Of a stretch of DNA of 64,000 nt, positions 11,898 through 27,077 are shown piece by piece. Position 1 is the first letter of the stretch, and the number at the start of each line of letters is the position of its first letter. A program made the translations under genes and the position numbers. This stretch comes from Octopus vulgaris. Its lineage: Eukaryota. The notes below the pieces were generated by a model. It had not been told where the DNA came from and did no database searches. It saw nothing but the letters and a program-made list of their open reading frames with translations. Where the stretch lies: contig OX597816.1 in the NCBI GenBank assembly GCA_951406725.2, positions 119,350,001 through 119,414,000 on the forward strand, written 5' to 3'.

Positions 11898-12480
11898 TTT
11901 GATGAAAGTAAGAAAATGACGAATTATGTGTATGAATAATTTATTTGTATGATATAATGAGGATGAAAGATTTTTTTATAAAAATCTAAATAAATTATAA
12001 ATTTTAAAGCTCTAAAAGAAATGGCAGACGCCAAATACCTACATATATGTTTCGATTCATACCCCGAGGTGATTAGTAATTCTAAGCATTTGGGTAGGGT
12101 CATATGTTAACATATGGGTATGGTCAAATGTTAACATATTTCTTGAGGGAATGCAGACGAATTACTGCATCCTTTCAAGAAATATGTTAACATTTGTAGT
12201 ATTAGCTCATAAAACCCTGATGAGATTCTGCCCTATTTAGTTGAAAATGATGACCAATTCTTAGCATATGGCCCTACTCAAATGCTTAGAATTACTAATC
12301 ACTTAACGGCATGGATCGAAACATATATGTAGGTACTTGGCATCTGCTATTTCTTTTAGATCTTTATAATTTATAGTTTATTAGCAATGTTTTTATTTTA
12401 AAAAGTCTTTCAACTTCATTATATCATACGAATAAATTATTTATACATCCACAATTCTCCATTTTCTTCTTTTCATCATT
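11898..12480. repeat. Diverged fold-back element with hammerhead motif in the right arm
   Basis: Arms such as GTGATTAGTAATTCTAAGCATTTG / CAAATGCTTAGAATTACTAATCAC. Apex ATGCAG-acgaatta-CTGCAT near 12160. Confidence 0.8.
12214..12334 (+). ncRNA. Type I hammerhead motif with long loop II
   Basis: ACC-CTGATGA-GATTCTGCC...(~75 nt)...GGCATGGATC-GAAAC-ATATAT-GTA-GGT. Confidence 0.6.
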
Positions 12481-12703
12481 ATTAACAATATGTATTGCTA
12501 TAATAATCCCTAACATATCGCCGAGACTTTTTTTTGGATTATTCAATCCATATTGAGGACCTGACATCCTCGAATTGGCTATATATATATACATATTTTT
12601 ATGGAGATTTTTATGGTAGTTGAAAAGACATTAGTGTTTATTTCTAATTCAGTACGTGGCGACCTCTGATTATAATTATGTATATAATTATAGAATATTT
12701 TAT

Positions 12704-12798
<95 letters not shown>

Positions 12799-12834
12799 TG
12801 TATGTATGTATGTATGTATGTATGTATGTATAGA

Positions 12835-13058
12835 CATTGTTGTAGAGCTGAAAACGAGGCAATTTCTACTCTTCTCCTCTGGAAGCCATCTACTCGCAAT
12901 ACCAGAGGGCGCACACTCTCCTACCCTGATGTAATCTCCAGGGATTTAGGCATCCAGCAACAGGAACTCCGTAATGCCATGATGGACCGTGAAGTCTGGC
13001 GTAGCAGGGTAAATTCCATTGTCTCGACCACGGTCGAACAATGATGATGATGATGATG
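12835..13058 (+). mobile_element. RTE-clade LINE 3' end
   Basis: HCCRAENEAISTLLLWKPSTRNTRGRTLSYPDVISRDLG...MMDREVWRSRV...*, followed by a (TGA)n tail. Confidence 0.8.
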
Positions 13059-13144
13059 TATGTATGTATGTATGTATATATATATACATACACTACGTCC
13101 TCGCGTTATTTTTTCCTTGTTTGTTCTTCTTTGTTTGAATTCAC

Positions 13145-13216
<72 letters not shown>

Positions 13217-13419
13217 CGTGTGTGTGTATAGGCACGTATGTATGCATGCGTGTATGTACTTACATGTGTCAATGTGATTAAAATTAAGAAATTCACTTTG
13301 AAATCATTATATCCCAATTTCTAACCTGCTACGTAACATTTTGTCCTAGAATCTATTACCATAGCCAAGGTTGGGCCAAAGCCTTGGGAGTGAAATTATG
13401 CGAAAGCCAGTTGCATACA

Positions 13420-13746
13420 TTGATTGTAGGAAAAAGTCTAAGAGCCGTCCTTGTCATACACTATGCCACGTTGAGTCATCCCGAGAAGTTTGTTGACAGT
13501 AGATGTGTCTGTAGAATACCCAGTCACTTAGTTTATACCAACCATAAGAAAACTGTGGCCTGCGGGAGTTTCTGAATTACCTTGAAATTTCTTTAGTAGT
13601 GCCGGCCGCCTGATAATGAGGCATATCTCATGCAGCCCGTTTCTCGAAGTAAGTTGTCCATACTTGTTCTATACAATTCAATGAATAGGCAGCTCACTTG
13701 ATCGAGCAACTAGAGTTCTCCTCGCCGACACCGACGGAGGCTCAGT
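13420..13746 (+). mobile_element. Old diverged SINE family C copy
   Basis: Patchy similarity to the reverse complement of 46731-47022 and to 2855-3000 (GTGTCTGT.GAATAC.CAG.CA.TTA). Confidence 0.45.
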
Positions 13747-14205
13747 GTATATATTTTAAACTTTTTATTTTTCTTTCTTTACTTTTCCTGCTTCTACATC
13801 AATCACTCCTATAATTCTTTTTTTAATTTTTTTTTCCGCGAGAATAATTATGTGTACTTCAGACTAATTAATAAAGTGATTAATTGCAAATTGCTATAAA
13901 TAGCTGTAATGTATACATCGAGTTGTTTAACATTTCAATAGGGAGGGTCACCCACGCAAAAGTATTTTTATAGTTGATGATGTTGGTGGTGGGGGGGGGG
14001 GTCCTTGATTTCTTTTTTACTGTTTGTGTTGAAGCCTGTTGTTGGCGGTGTTTGAGATGCTGGCTGTGGTGTTTATGGTGGCAATGGTGGGGGATGTTGC
14101 CATTATAATGATGGTGGTGGTGTCGTTATAGATGGTGGTGATAGAGGTGGTGGTTTCTATTTAAGACTGATAATGTTAATGGTGCAGATAGTTGTACTTT
14201 CAGTA

Positions 14206-14630
14206 GGCGCAGGAGTGGCTGTGTGGTAAGAAACTTGCTTCCCAACCACATGATTCCGGGTTCAGTCCCACTGCGTGGCACCTTGGGCAAGTGTCTTCTA
14301 CTATTGCCTCAGGTCGACCAAAGCCTTGTGAGTGAATCTGGTAGACGGAAACTGAAAGAAACCTGACGTGTATATATATATATATATATAAGTATGTATG
14401 TATGTGTGAGTTTATTTCTTTCTGTTTATCCCCCCACCATCGCTTGACAACCGATGTTGGTATGTTTACGTCCCCGTAACCTAGCGGTTCAGCAAAAGAC
14501 TCCGATAGAATAAGTACTAGGCTTACAAAGAATAAGACCTGGGGTCAATTTGTTCGACTAAAAGTGGTGCTCCAGCATGGCCGTAGTCAAATGGCTGAAA
14601 CAAGTAAAAGGGTAAAAGAAAGTAAAAGAG
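14206..14630 (+). mobile_element. SINE family A, full length
   Basis: GGCGCAGGAGTGGCTGTGTGGTAAG...GGGTTCAGTCCC (A/B boxes), internal microsatellite, tail GAAACAAGTAAAAG repeats. Confidence 0.9.
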
Positions 14631-14790
14631 TTGCTGTTGTAGTTCGTGCTGTTGTTGTTGTTGGTGATGGTGTTACTATCTCTTATTAATGTTAATGATG
14701 GAGCAATTGATGGTGGCCTTTGGAGTGTTGGCACTTGGTGGGGGTTTCCTTATGCTAGAAACGATAGTGTGTGTGTGTGTGTGTGTGTGT

Positions 14791-14824
<34 letters not shown>

Positions 14825-14869
14825 GTGTGTGTGCGCGCGTTCGCGCAATGAGTATGCATGTAAAGATAT

Positions 14870-15560
14870 GTTTCTTTATTAGCCACACAGGGCTGCACAC
14901 AGACAGAACAAATTACAAGGTAGAGCTTTTCTTTTGGGGGTAAAAAAAAGGGGGTTGGTTTTCGATCAAAAGGGATCGTAAAAGGAAAGAAAGAGGACAA
15001 AAAAGGGGGGAAAAAAGGGGGGGGGGGGAAAGGAAAAAAGTTGATCAATAGGGATCGTAATCACAGAAATGTCAATATGAAGTGTAAAGGGGAGGACAGG
15101 TGAGGTTTACCCGTGGAAAGAAAAGCCTACGGAAAAGACCACGGTAACCTCGGTCAATGAAGTCACATGTTATATTTCTCTTTTTTTTTTTTTTTGCAAA
15201 TAAGCAACTCTCTGTATTAATTTTTACGGTTCATAGAATCATAGTCAAGGTGGCTTCGTCATTCATACGTGCCATCCTTGCTACATTCACCCATCTTTTT
15301 TAAAACATTCACTAGACAAAACTTGCCTCTCTACTCTCACTTTCCTCTTCAAGTGATACTTGAAGAAGTTGATGAGAGATTGACCAGAGAGGAAAGTGTT
15401 TGTCTCTAATCCTTTCAGGCGCGTCCACCAGATACATTCTTTCGCCATAGCCACAAGTATGATAAAAATAGCTCTTACTTCCCGTTTGATAGAAAGGAAG
15501 TTTTATAGTTCTGATTGTAGTGTTGACCTTTATCTGACTAATGGAAAAGGCTTGGGATTT
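14870..15560 (-). mobile_element. L1/Tx1-like LINE 3' fragment with 3' UTR
   Basis: Minus-strand peptide RAIFIILVAMAKECIWWTRLKGLETNTFLSGQSLINFFKYHLKRKVRVERQ (AKxxIWxxR motif), frameshifted. Ends GTGTGCAGCCCTGTGTGGCTAATAAAGAAAC. Confidence 0.65.
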
Positions 15561-15569
15561 TCAGAAGGG

Positions 15570-15708
15570 GGGAGGAGGAGGAGGAGGAGGAGAAGAAGAA
15601 GAAGAAGAAGAAGAAGAAGAAGAAGAAGAAGAAGAAGAAGAAGAAGAAGAAGAAGAAGAAGAAGAAGAAGAAGAAGAAGAAGAAGAAGAAGAAGAAGAAG
15701 AAGAAGAA
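15570..15708 (+). repeat. (GGA)n(GAA)n microsatellite
   Basis: Direct reading. Confidence 0.95.
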
Positions 15709-15965
15709 GCATGCTGGTAATTTTGAACTTAGTGGGCGTGAACATGCATACACACATATATACATAAATCATAAATATGTATGTAAGAAATATATACATA
15801 TACATATATATGTATATATGAAAATATGTATGTGTGTGTGTATGCATGTATGTATATGCATAGATATATATATACATGTATGTATGTACGTATATATGTA
15901 TGTATGTCTACTTGTATGTATGTGCATATATGTATGTATGTATGCATGTATGTATGTATGTACAT

Positions 15966-15996
<31 letters not shown>

Positions 15997-15998
15997 AT

Positions 15999-16246
15999 GT
16001 TGTACGTAACGATACAACCTGTAAGCTAAGACATTGAACCTTCATATAACCATTGCAAGCACACAAACATTATAAATACTATAAATATATATATGGATAT
16101 ATATATATATATGTGTATGTATGCATGTATGTATGTATGTATGCATGTATGTATGATAAGTATAATGTATGTGTATAAGTGTACATGCAATAGGTAAATG
16201 AAGGTTCAACGTCTCACATCTTACAGGTTGTAGCGTTACGTACAAC
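15999..16246. repeat. Inverted repeat (~70-bp arms) around a (TA/TATG)n spacer; MITE-like
   Basis: GTTGTACGTAACGATACAACCTGTAAG...TTGAACCTTCAT / ATGAAGGTTCAA...CTTACAGGTTGTAGCGTTACGTACAAC. Confidence 0.75.
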
Positions 16247-16432
16247 TCTGTATGTGTGTGTGTGTGTAACAGGGTGTGTATGAAATCTCTTTCATTCATA
16301 CTGCATTATACAACGTTTTGAGATAATATGATATGTAATTTATACATTTGTAAATAAACGCTCACAAAAAGAAATAATATACATTTTAGCACACTCACAC
16401 ACACACACACACACGCACAAAGTAGACACACG

Positions 16433-16499
<67 letters not shown>

Positions 16500-16740
16500 G
16501 GTGTTTTTATTATTTTGAAGCCCTTTATCTGTTTTAATGGTCGATGTGTTATAGTGAAAAGAGTCGGTGTTATTTATGGATGTGGAGATAGCTATGACAG
16601 GTGCGCATCATCAGCAACAGGTAGTAGCGGGTGCTGACAGTTTTAGAGTCAAAATAGAACAAAGTGAGACTGTAACGTGTAATAAGTGAGGTTTTGAAGT
16701 GGTGTGAAGTGTGCAACAGTAGCAGTGTTACTGAAAATAT

Positions 16741-16814
<74 letters not shown>

Positions 16815-16901
16815 GCACTCAGATATATGTATATACGAATATATATATACGTTTTATGTCGCGGTTCAGTATAAGCAATTATATATATATATATCATAAT
16901 A

Positions 16902-16944
<43 letters not shown>

Positions 16945-16961
16945 GTATATACATATATATA

Positions 16962-17004
<43 letters not shown>

Positions 17005-17175
17005 CATATACATATATACATACATACATACATACATAAATACATACACACATGTATATACATACATACATAAATACATATATATATACATATATATAGA
17101 CATATATATATACATATATTTATATATACATGTATACATATATACATACATATATGTATATATACACGCACATGC

Positions 17176-17231
<56 letters not shown>

Positions 17232-17412
17232 TATATATATATATATCCAACGCACACTTTCTGTTTTGAGACATCGGAGTATCATTACGGAACTACGGGA
17301 AAATATTTGATTATCCTTGTATCATTTCTACCATGTGGAGTAACCACATGGATGCTCCCTCTCGAAGTTTTAGTAATATCCATCCATTTTGAGTAGTAGT
17401 AGTAGCAGCAGC

Positions 17413-17476
<64 letters not shown>

Positions 17477-17734
17477 AAAACAGCAGCAGTTACAACTTCA
17501 GCATCAAAAATAGAAACAGCAGCAGTATCAGCAGCAGCAGCAGTAGCGTTAACACCAGCAACAGTTGTTCTTGTTATTGTTGACGATGTTGAGAGGTATA
17601 TATTTAGAATATATTTCGCGCACTATGTACACAATACATCATTTATTAAGAAGGCAAAATAGGGGTGCTTTGCTGCTGACCTTAATATAACTCCGTTCCT
17701 CATAGACTATTATTATTATTATTATTATTATTAT

Positions 17735-18330
17735 TCTATGTTTGACTTTTGCTTTATATTTGTACAAGTTGGCTCCAAGTCTCACCCAGAGACCTCAAGA
17801 GACAACAGGGTTGGAAGTTCATGTTGTTGTTATGCCTAGTGTGCCATATATTTGGGGGGTGGGGATGTTGTACTAATGAATGTCTAAAAAGAAAAAAAAA
17901 GGTTTTTTTTTTTTTTTTTTTTAACCGAAAATTATGTTTGTTTTAAACCTTATTACATAGAGAGTATTTTGCGTAGGATATGAGCAGTTCCCATGAGCAC
18001 TATCTTTTGAACTTCTGCCATTTTTGGGTTTCCTGGTATCTGAGTTAGGTAGCTATCAGCCCCTTTTGCTATCATTCCCAGGGCACCTATGACAACAGGT
18101 ATTGTTTTAGTCTTCAGCTTCCACATTTTGCTGATTTCTATTTCAAGATCTTTATATTTGCTCAGTTTTTGGTAGGTCTTGACAGATACGTTTATATCGA
18201 TTGGGACAGTCATATCAATGAGGAGGCATGTTCTTTGTTTGAAGTTTTTCAATATGATGTCTGGCCTATTTGCATCTATCTTCCTGTCAGTTTGAATGGT
18301 GAAGTTCCAGAGGAGTGAGATGTGGTCATT
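17735..18330 (-). mobile_element. Dong/R4-clade non-LTR retrotransposon 3' fragment (restriction-like endonuclease)
   Basis: LWNFTIQTDRKIDANRPDII...LLIDMTVP...KLSKYKDL...PVVIGALG (PD-D RLE, ORF end 17953). Flanked on both sides by (TAA)n, the known Dong target. Confidence 0.9.
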
Positions 18331-18346
18331 ATTATTATTATTATTA

Positions 18347-18397
<51 letters not shown>

Positions 18398-18404
18398 GTA
18401 TTAG

Positions 18405-18475
<71 letters not shown>

Positions 18476-18697
18476 GTTGTTGTTGTTATTATTGTTATTG
18501 TTATTGTTATTGTTGTTGTTGTTATTATTATTATTAAAGTGTTTGACACACATTAGTGTATAGGGGCGGCCTACATACACCCACACACACATACGTACAC
18601 GAAGATGCATACACACACACATGCATACATAGGAACATACATACGTCCTAGCACACAATATCTTATAATTACTAAACACATTGTATCATAGACATTA

Positions 18698-19030
<333 letters not shown>

Positions 19031-19043
19031 TATATATATATAC

Positions 19044-19108
<65 letters not shown>

Positions 19109-19296
19109 AATAATTAGAAAATGGAGAGAATCGCAGATTAACCAACGCATCGATTGGAGCACATTTATAGCTCTGTTTACACATACACACACGCACACAC
19201 GCGCGCACACACACACACACGCACATATATATATATATATATGTATAAGTACGCGCACACATCAAGTATATGTATGTAATTATATGGGTGTGTAAT

Positions 19297-19384
<88 letters not shown>

Positions 19385-20041
19385 CAGATAGATAGATAGA
19401 TAGATATGAAGAAATTACAATACATGTACAATGAAAAGGAAAGGCGTTCGTGTTAATGGCAATATTTGTGAAAGGGTGATAATAAAATGAAATTAATACT
19501 AAATATGGGGCATTGAAATATTTTTCTGAATGGTGGCGCTCTTAGAAAAGAAACAAGTGAAACAGCTGTACGCAAGACTTTATAAGAAATACAGCAATTT
19601 GCAAAGACCTGAGCGAAGACCTGACCGAGAGTTTAAATCCTGTTTTGTTTTGTTTTGTTTTTTGTACAATAGCATATGCTTTGATAATAGGCCATTGTTT
19701 GTATTAGCTAATGTTTTGTATAATCTTTGACTTCATATTCATACGACAAGATATATACTTGCATTCAAAAGAAGGCATTAGTTTTTATGGCCTACATTTT
19801 TTGTTGCTGTTGTGTTTTATTCAGGCCACTGACCATCCTGATGACATGTAGTAAGAAAGGAATCTGTTCTCAGGACTTTCGGTTTTATCTTTAACTAGAA
19901 CTATCATTAAAATTATCTTTTCATAAACCGATGTATTTCTATTTCATTGAATTCTATTTAGCTTACTGAATGTTATACCTTAGTCCCCATTTTAATGTAC
20001 TCGTCATGTAGATAGCATCCCTGAAAAAATTCGACATTTCA

Positions 20042-20094
<53 letters not shown>

Positions 20095-20106
20095 TACATA
20101 CATACA

Positions 20107-20137
<31 letters not shown>

Positions 20138-20141
20138 GTAC

Positions 20142-20407
<266 letters not shown>

Positions 20408-20644
20408 GAACGATGAAAAAGCTCAACACTGCATTGGTAGATATAATTTCTTTATTTGTGAATTATGGCTACCATTGGTTTCATGTTAAGAAGAGTAGGA
20501 AAATGTTCTAGTCTCTTAACAATGTTTGAAGTCGATCACATGAAGAGAGGTGTTTGTCTCCATTTTGGAAAGCACGTGTGTGTGTGTGTGTGAATGTATG
20601 TATCCATATGTATACAGATATATATGTATACACGCGCGCTCGCA

Positions 20645-20691
<47 letters not shown>

Positions 20692-20978
20692 ACACACACA
20701 CACACACATATATATACGTATTTATATGAGCCTATTTTTATGTTCAGTTATATGCAAAATAATCAAACAATAACAGAAGGATTTAGCTTTATTTCTACAT
20801 GGAAAGCTACGTAGACGTTTGCGGTAACGAGTGATCATCCGACTATCCGATGAAGTTGTGCATTACCCACACATACATACATACGCGCACACACACACAC
20901 ACACACACACACCCACGCATATATATATATAGACATAGAGATATATGTGCATGCACACATACACACAGACACACACAG

Positions 20979-21060
<82 letters not shown>

Positions 21061-21095
21061 TATTTATGTGTGTTTGCGTGAACTATATATATATA

Positions 21096-21508
21096 GGCGA
21101 GCTGGCAGAAACGTTTTGCACACCGGGTGAAATACTTAGCGGTATTTCGTCTGCCGCTACGTTCTGAGTTCAAATTCCGCCGAGGTCGACTTTGCCTTTC
21201 ATCCTTTCGGTGTCGATTAAATAAGTACCAGTTACGCACTGGGGTCGATATAATCGACCTTATCTGTTTGTCTGTCCTTGTTTGTCCTCTCTGTGTTTAG
21301 CACCTAGTAGGTAGTAAAGAAATAGGTATTTCGTCTGCCGTTACGTTCTGAGTTCAAATTCCACCGAGGTCGACTTTGCCTGTCATCCTTTCGGGGTCTA
21401 TGAAATAAGTACCAGTTACGCACTGGGGTCGATGTAATCGACTTAATCCACTTGTCAGTCCTTGTTTGTCTCCTCAATGTCTAGCCCCCTGTGGGCAATA
21501 AATAAATA
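21096..21508 (+). mobile_element. SINE family B with tandemly duplicated body
   Basis: GGCGAGCTGGCAGAAACG...GAGTTCAAATTCC. The unit GGTATTTCGTCTGCCG...TAAA occurs twice (21141, 21325). Confidence 0.9.
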
Positions 21509-21881
21509 GATGAATATATGTGTGTGTGTGTGTGTGTTTGTGCACGTACGTATACCCTTTAATAATGCACAAAGGATTTAAATATGATCTACTATAACTT
21601 TCATGCCTCTAATAATACAGCTTGTATAGCCTGACGTGTAATTTTAGGCAATCATTCAGCCATGTTTTATATTGAGCCTGAATGAGTGCCTGAAAATACA
21701 CATCAGGCTATATAAGCTCGTCCGACCACTGCATTAATAGAGGCATGAAGCTTAGTGGCTCACATTGAAATCCTGCGTTTATTAAATTGACATTTATCTC
21801 ACACTGAATAGAGCCCTTTTCTTGTTGATCGCATCGATAGTAAGACAATACACTGCATATATGTATGTGTGTGTATGTATG

Positions 21882-21915
<34 letters not shown>

Positions 21916-22117
21916 TGTATGTATGTATGTATGTATGTATGTATGTATATATCTATGTATGTATGTATGTATGTATGTATGTATGTATGTATGTATGTAT
22001 ATATGTATGGACGTATGTATTTATGTATGTAACACTTAGCAACCACTAGGGTCATCATTCCATCACAGCGCAATGAAATTTCAGTCGGTGCGTTCACTTA
22101 TAGTTTCGCGTCAACAA

Positions 22118-22318
<201 letters not shown>

Positions 22319-22745
22319 CAGATACGTGTATGTGTATGTACGGTTGAAAATATATGATATACACAAATATACATATTTGGTGACCTAATTTATTGTAGGC
22401 TTCCAAACATTCAAATAAGAATAGAGCCGCAAGAAAAAACATAAAGAAATATATAAATAAAGATAAAGTATATAAAGATAGTCTATAAAAATAAAAGCAG
22501 TTACGTAACTGAAAACTAAACATGTAAGGTTTCAGTGTTTCATTCGACTTAAGGTAGGTAATAATATTAACTAGGTCTAATAATTAAATTTAAACAAATA
22601 AATTTGAAATACATGAAATCCAGAACCATTGATATACATAAAAGTCAGGACCATAATATCATATCAGAATACGAACTGACAGTTTTCTGAGCAAATTGAT
22701 CTATGGCAAAAAAAAAATGAAAAATCTATGAAGGCAGAGTGTTAT

Positions 22746-22778
22746 TACGTCACACAGCTTATTAAGCTGTGTGACGTA
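22746..22778. repeat. Perfect 16-bp-arm palindrome
   Basis: TACGTCACACAGCTTA-T-TAAGCTGTGTGACGTA. Confidence 0.9.
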
Positions 22779-23138
22779 TTCTCATGTATTATCTCAGGGG
22801 ACTCTCTGTTCCACAAATTTCATGCAGAGCGACTATCCTGGTAATGTCTTCTAGTCTTAATTACAGACGAGAAGATGTTTGAGGAAATATTATTAGTCTT
22901 GATGTGATTGATATAATTTACCATCGAAGTAAAAAAAAAAGTATATGATTAATATTAGAGAACGATCAAGTGCCATGTAGCGTCTCAGTAGAGGATTTTA
23001 TGCATATTTTGGTCGAATTTTGGTGTCTAGTATAGTCAGTGCACTGATAAGCGACATGATATCACAAATAATAACTATACAAGAGACACTTACTTAGAAG
23101 TCTACAATTACATTTCTTCTTATTATTGGTTAAGTTAC

Positions 23139-23214
<76 letters not shown>

Positions 23215-23251
23215 ATTATTATTATTATTATCATTATTATTATTATTATTA

Positions 23252-23498
23252 TTGGGTTGGTGCATAATTACTGAGACTTTTTTCAATAAAATTTATTCAA
23301 TAAAAACAATAACAATATTTAACTGCAGCATCTTTAAATGACGGTCTGACCGTCTGCCAAACAAATGGGAAGCAGTAATTGAAGTAGATGGTGAATATGC
23401 TCCGGAATAATCATTTAAGGATGTTTTTGTTAGATGTTGTTATTGTCTTTGTTGAATAAAATTTGTTGAAAAAAAGCCGCAATAATTATGTACCAACC

Positions 23499-23501
<3 letters not shown>
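23252..23501 (+). mobile_element. mariner deletion derivative (MITE) in (TTA)n
   Basis: TIRs TTGGGTTGGTGCATAATTA / TAATTATGTACCAACCTA. Internal remnant DRLPNKWEAVIEVDGEYAPE* resembles a mariner transposase C-terminus. Confidence 0.85.
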
Positions 23502-23570
<69 letters not shown>

Positions 23571-23618
23571 CATCATCATCATCATCGTCATCATCATCAT
23601 CATCATCATCATCATTAA

Positions 23619-23685
<67 letters not shown>

Positions 23686-23833
23686 ACTATTATTATTGAG
23701 ATTATTATTGTTTTTGTTTTTATTACAGCTATTATTTCTTCTTCTTCCTCTTCTTCTGCCCCTTCTTCTTCTTCTTCTTCTTCATCTTATCATTATTTAT
23801 TATTATTATTATTATCATTATTATTATTATTAT

Positions 23834-23891
<58 letters not shown>

Positions 23892-23917
23892 GGTGGTCGT
23901 CGTCGTCGTCGTGGTGA

Positions 23918-23985
<68 letters not shown>

Positions 23986-23986
23986 T
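23502..23986 (+). repeat. Compound trinucleotide array (TTA/TCA/TTC/TAG/TGG/TCG)
   Basis: Direct reading. Confidence 0.9.
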
Positions 23987-24956
23987 CGTTACGTCAACAT
24001 TATTTTTACTATTACGATTATTAGTATTTTGACTCCAATCACTATTAATATTAGCATTTGTTTGATTGATATGCATTATAGCATTAACCAGTCACCGCAT
24101 CTTCTGAGCAGCTGTAAGGGCTGTCTTTATCTTTCAATATGAATATGTATATGTAACATTTCACATAAATGATTTCCTGCCATTTATGATTGTTTGTCCA
24201 TCTTTTGTCTCATCATTACACGCTTCAGCTATGTATTTGCTTGCTATAGCTAAAACTTGTTCTACTCCACTATTTTATCTTGATTACAAAATTGGATCTG
24301 TAGAGTCTAACAAGCCTGAGCACTAATTCTGTGCTTATCTTATTCTTCGATTTTCCTTTCCTTTTCTCAACCACTACATAAACACACACGTATGTGCGTG
24401 CTTATATATATATATATATATACTAGACATAAATTTCATAAACTAAAATATATAAATATCCACACTACCACACTTGAAACGTACTTGTTATAACACTTTA
24501 TTTCGATTTAAATGTACGTAAAGGTATTTAGAATGGCCAAACTTATTTTTGCAACGGTGCTAAGCACTGATGCTGATGATAAATTAATCAATAAACGTAG
24601 AAGCGAAGTAAATGCTGTGAAAATAGGGAGCAGGGCTCAGTGTGGGCCCCATTTAAGCGGCCATTTAGAAATTAAACCTCCTTACAATATTCCCTGGGAG
24701 TTCATGGTATGAAATTCATTGCCATTGCTCCGATCAGGTCGCCAAAGCCATATATATAGTTTAAAATGCAGAAAAATAAGTGGTCAGTAGGACCCCAATT
24801 AGGTGACCCTTAAAAATATAGACCCCCCATCAAGACATTCCTTGGGATTAGGGGAGTTGCTGGCTTGAGTTTCGTTTGAGTTAACGAAAATAAGAACGTA
24901 ACGGACAGAGAAACATCACTCAAATTTATAATAAGGTACTTATATACATACATACA

Positions 24957-25028
<72 letters not shown>

Positions 25029-25266
25029 GTGTGTGTGTGTGTATATATATATATATACATGTATGTATGTTTGTATACTATTATAAAGTGGTCACATGAG
25101 AATTTGTTTTATTGATACAGTATTTTGATGTGCAAACATCTTTTATGATCTGTTACGTTAGGTGCTTTCAAAACATCTTGTTCAAACAACATTCACATGC
25201 ATACTGATATACATACATACATACATACATGCATGCATGCATACATACATACATAATACATACATA

Positions 25267-25320
<54 letters not shown>

Positions 25321-25395
25321 ATGGTGGTGCTCCAACATGACCGCAGCTTTGAAGCTGAAACAATTTAAAGATTTAAATATATACACACACACATA

Positions 25396-25578
25396 GGTTT
25401 CAAATTTTGGAAAAGGGATAAGTCGTTTACAGCCCAGTGCTCAGCTAGTGCTTATTTTATCGATCTCCGAAGGGTGAAGGACAAAGTTGACCTAGGAACA
25501 ATTTAAACTTAGAATTTAAGACCGACGAAATACTGCCAGGCATTTTGCCCGCAGTACTAACATTTCTGCCTGTTCGCC

Positions 25579-25580
<2 letters not shown>
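25396..25580 (-). mobile_element. SINE family B, diverged
   Basis: GGTTTCAAATTTTGG...CTTATTTTATCGATC...CGAAATACTGCC.GGCATTTTGCCCG...TTCGCC. Confidence 0.7.
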
Positions 25581-25670
<90 letters not shown>

Positions 25671-25671
25671 C

Positions 25672-25763
<92 letters not shown>

Positions 25764-26667
25764 TAAAAGGATTGATAGATAAACTATAGACAGTTAGATA
25801 GATGCACAGACAGACACAGACAAATAGGCAGATAGACAAATACACAAATACTCAGTCAAACAGGCAGACTGACTGTCAGACAGACAGACAGCCACGTAGT
25901 TACGCAGACAGCTAGACAGATAGAAAGATACGCGCGGACAGCCAGATAAGAGTTACAGATATTAATGCATCGATATGAATGAACCCATGTGGGCTAAACA
26001 ATAACGTGATTCTGACTTTCGGTATTTGCCACTATCCCTAATGAACCTAGCATCACAAATGGATATATTATAATTTATTAATCTTCTGACACGCCAAGAA
26101 GAGGAGGCATTGCAACATAATCAGTACGATACTCCATTATGCTGCTTAACGATTTGATTAAATTGACATCACATATATCGCGCCATTTTACATATTTTAA
26201 ATGTAGACATTTGTTTCCCAAACATACTAATATGCATATTTGCGTCAACACACACACATATACACACACATACACAAACCTAGGCACATACAAAAACATA
26301 AACACTTTCACACATGCACATACCTTCGCGTACGCACGTATGCATACATGTTTGCATAAATGAATGTTGTGTGTACGTACGTAGAAATAGTAATGGGCAC
26401 AAATACTAAAGTAAATGTATTTACACAATCATCTATCTCTCTTCTCTCTCACTCTCCTCCTCAACTTCCTCTCTCTCTCTTCCTCTCTCTCTCTATATAT
26501 ATATCAACATATATATGTGTGTCTATCCACGTATAATATGTATATAAATATATATATATATAATATATAAATATATATATAATATATATTATCATTATTA
26601 ATAATGATATATTTCTATACGACTAATAATTACTATATGTATCTAGTCAAATACATATATATATGCC

Positions 26668-26715
<48 letters not shown>

Positions 26716-26798
26716 AACATGTGTATATACATACATATAGATACATAATTTATACAAAGGTATAAAGATATATATGTATACGGACATACATATGAACT

Positions 26799-26839
<41 letters not shown>

Positions 26840-27023
26840 CATATAAATATATATATGTATGTATGTATTTATGTATGTATATATACATATATATATACAT
26901 GCGCATACATGCATATAAACATATATATCTACATACATACAAACATATATATACATACATACAAAGACACACACATACATATACACTTACACATATATAT
27001 GTTTGTATGTATGTATATGTTTG

Positions 27024-27077
<54 letters not shown>

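Noticed and set aside
19834-19878. Hammerhead CTGATGA...GAAA
   Set aside because: No stem II, and stem I does not pair.
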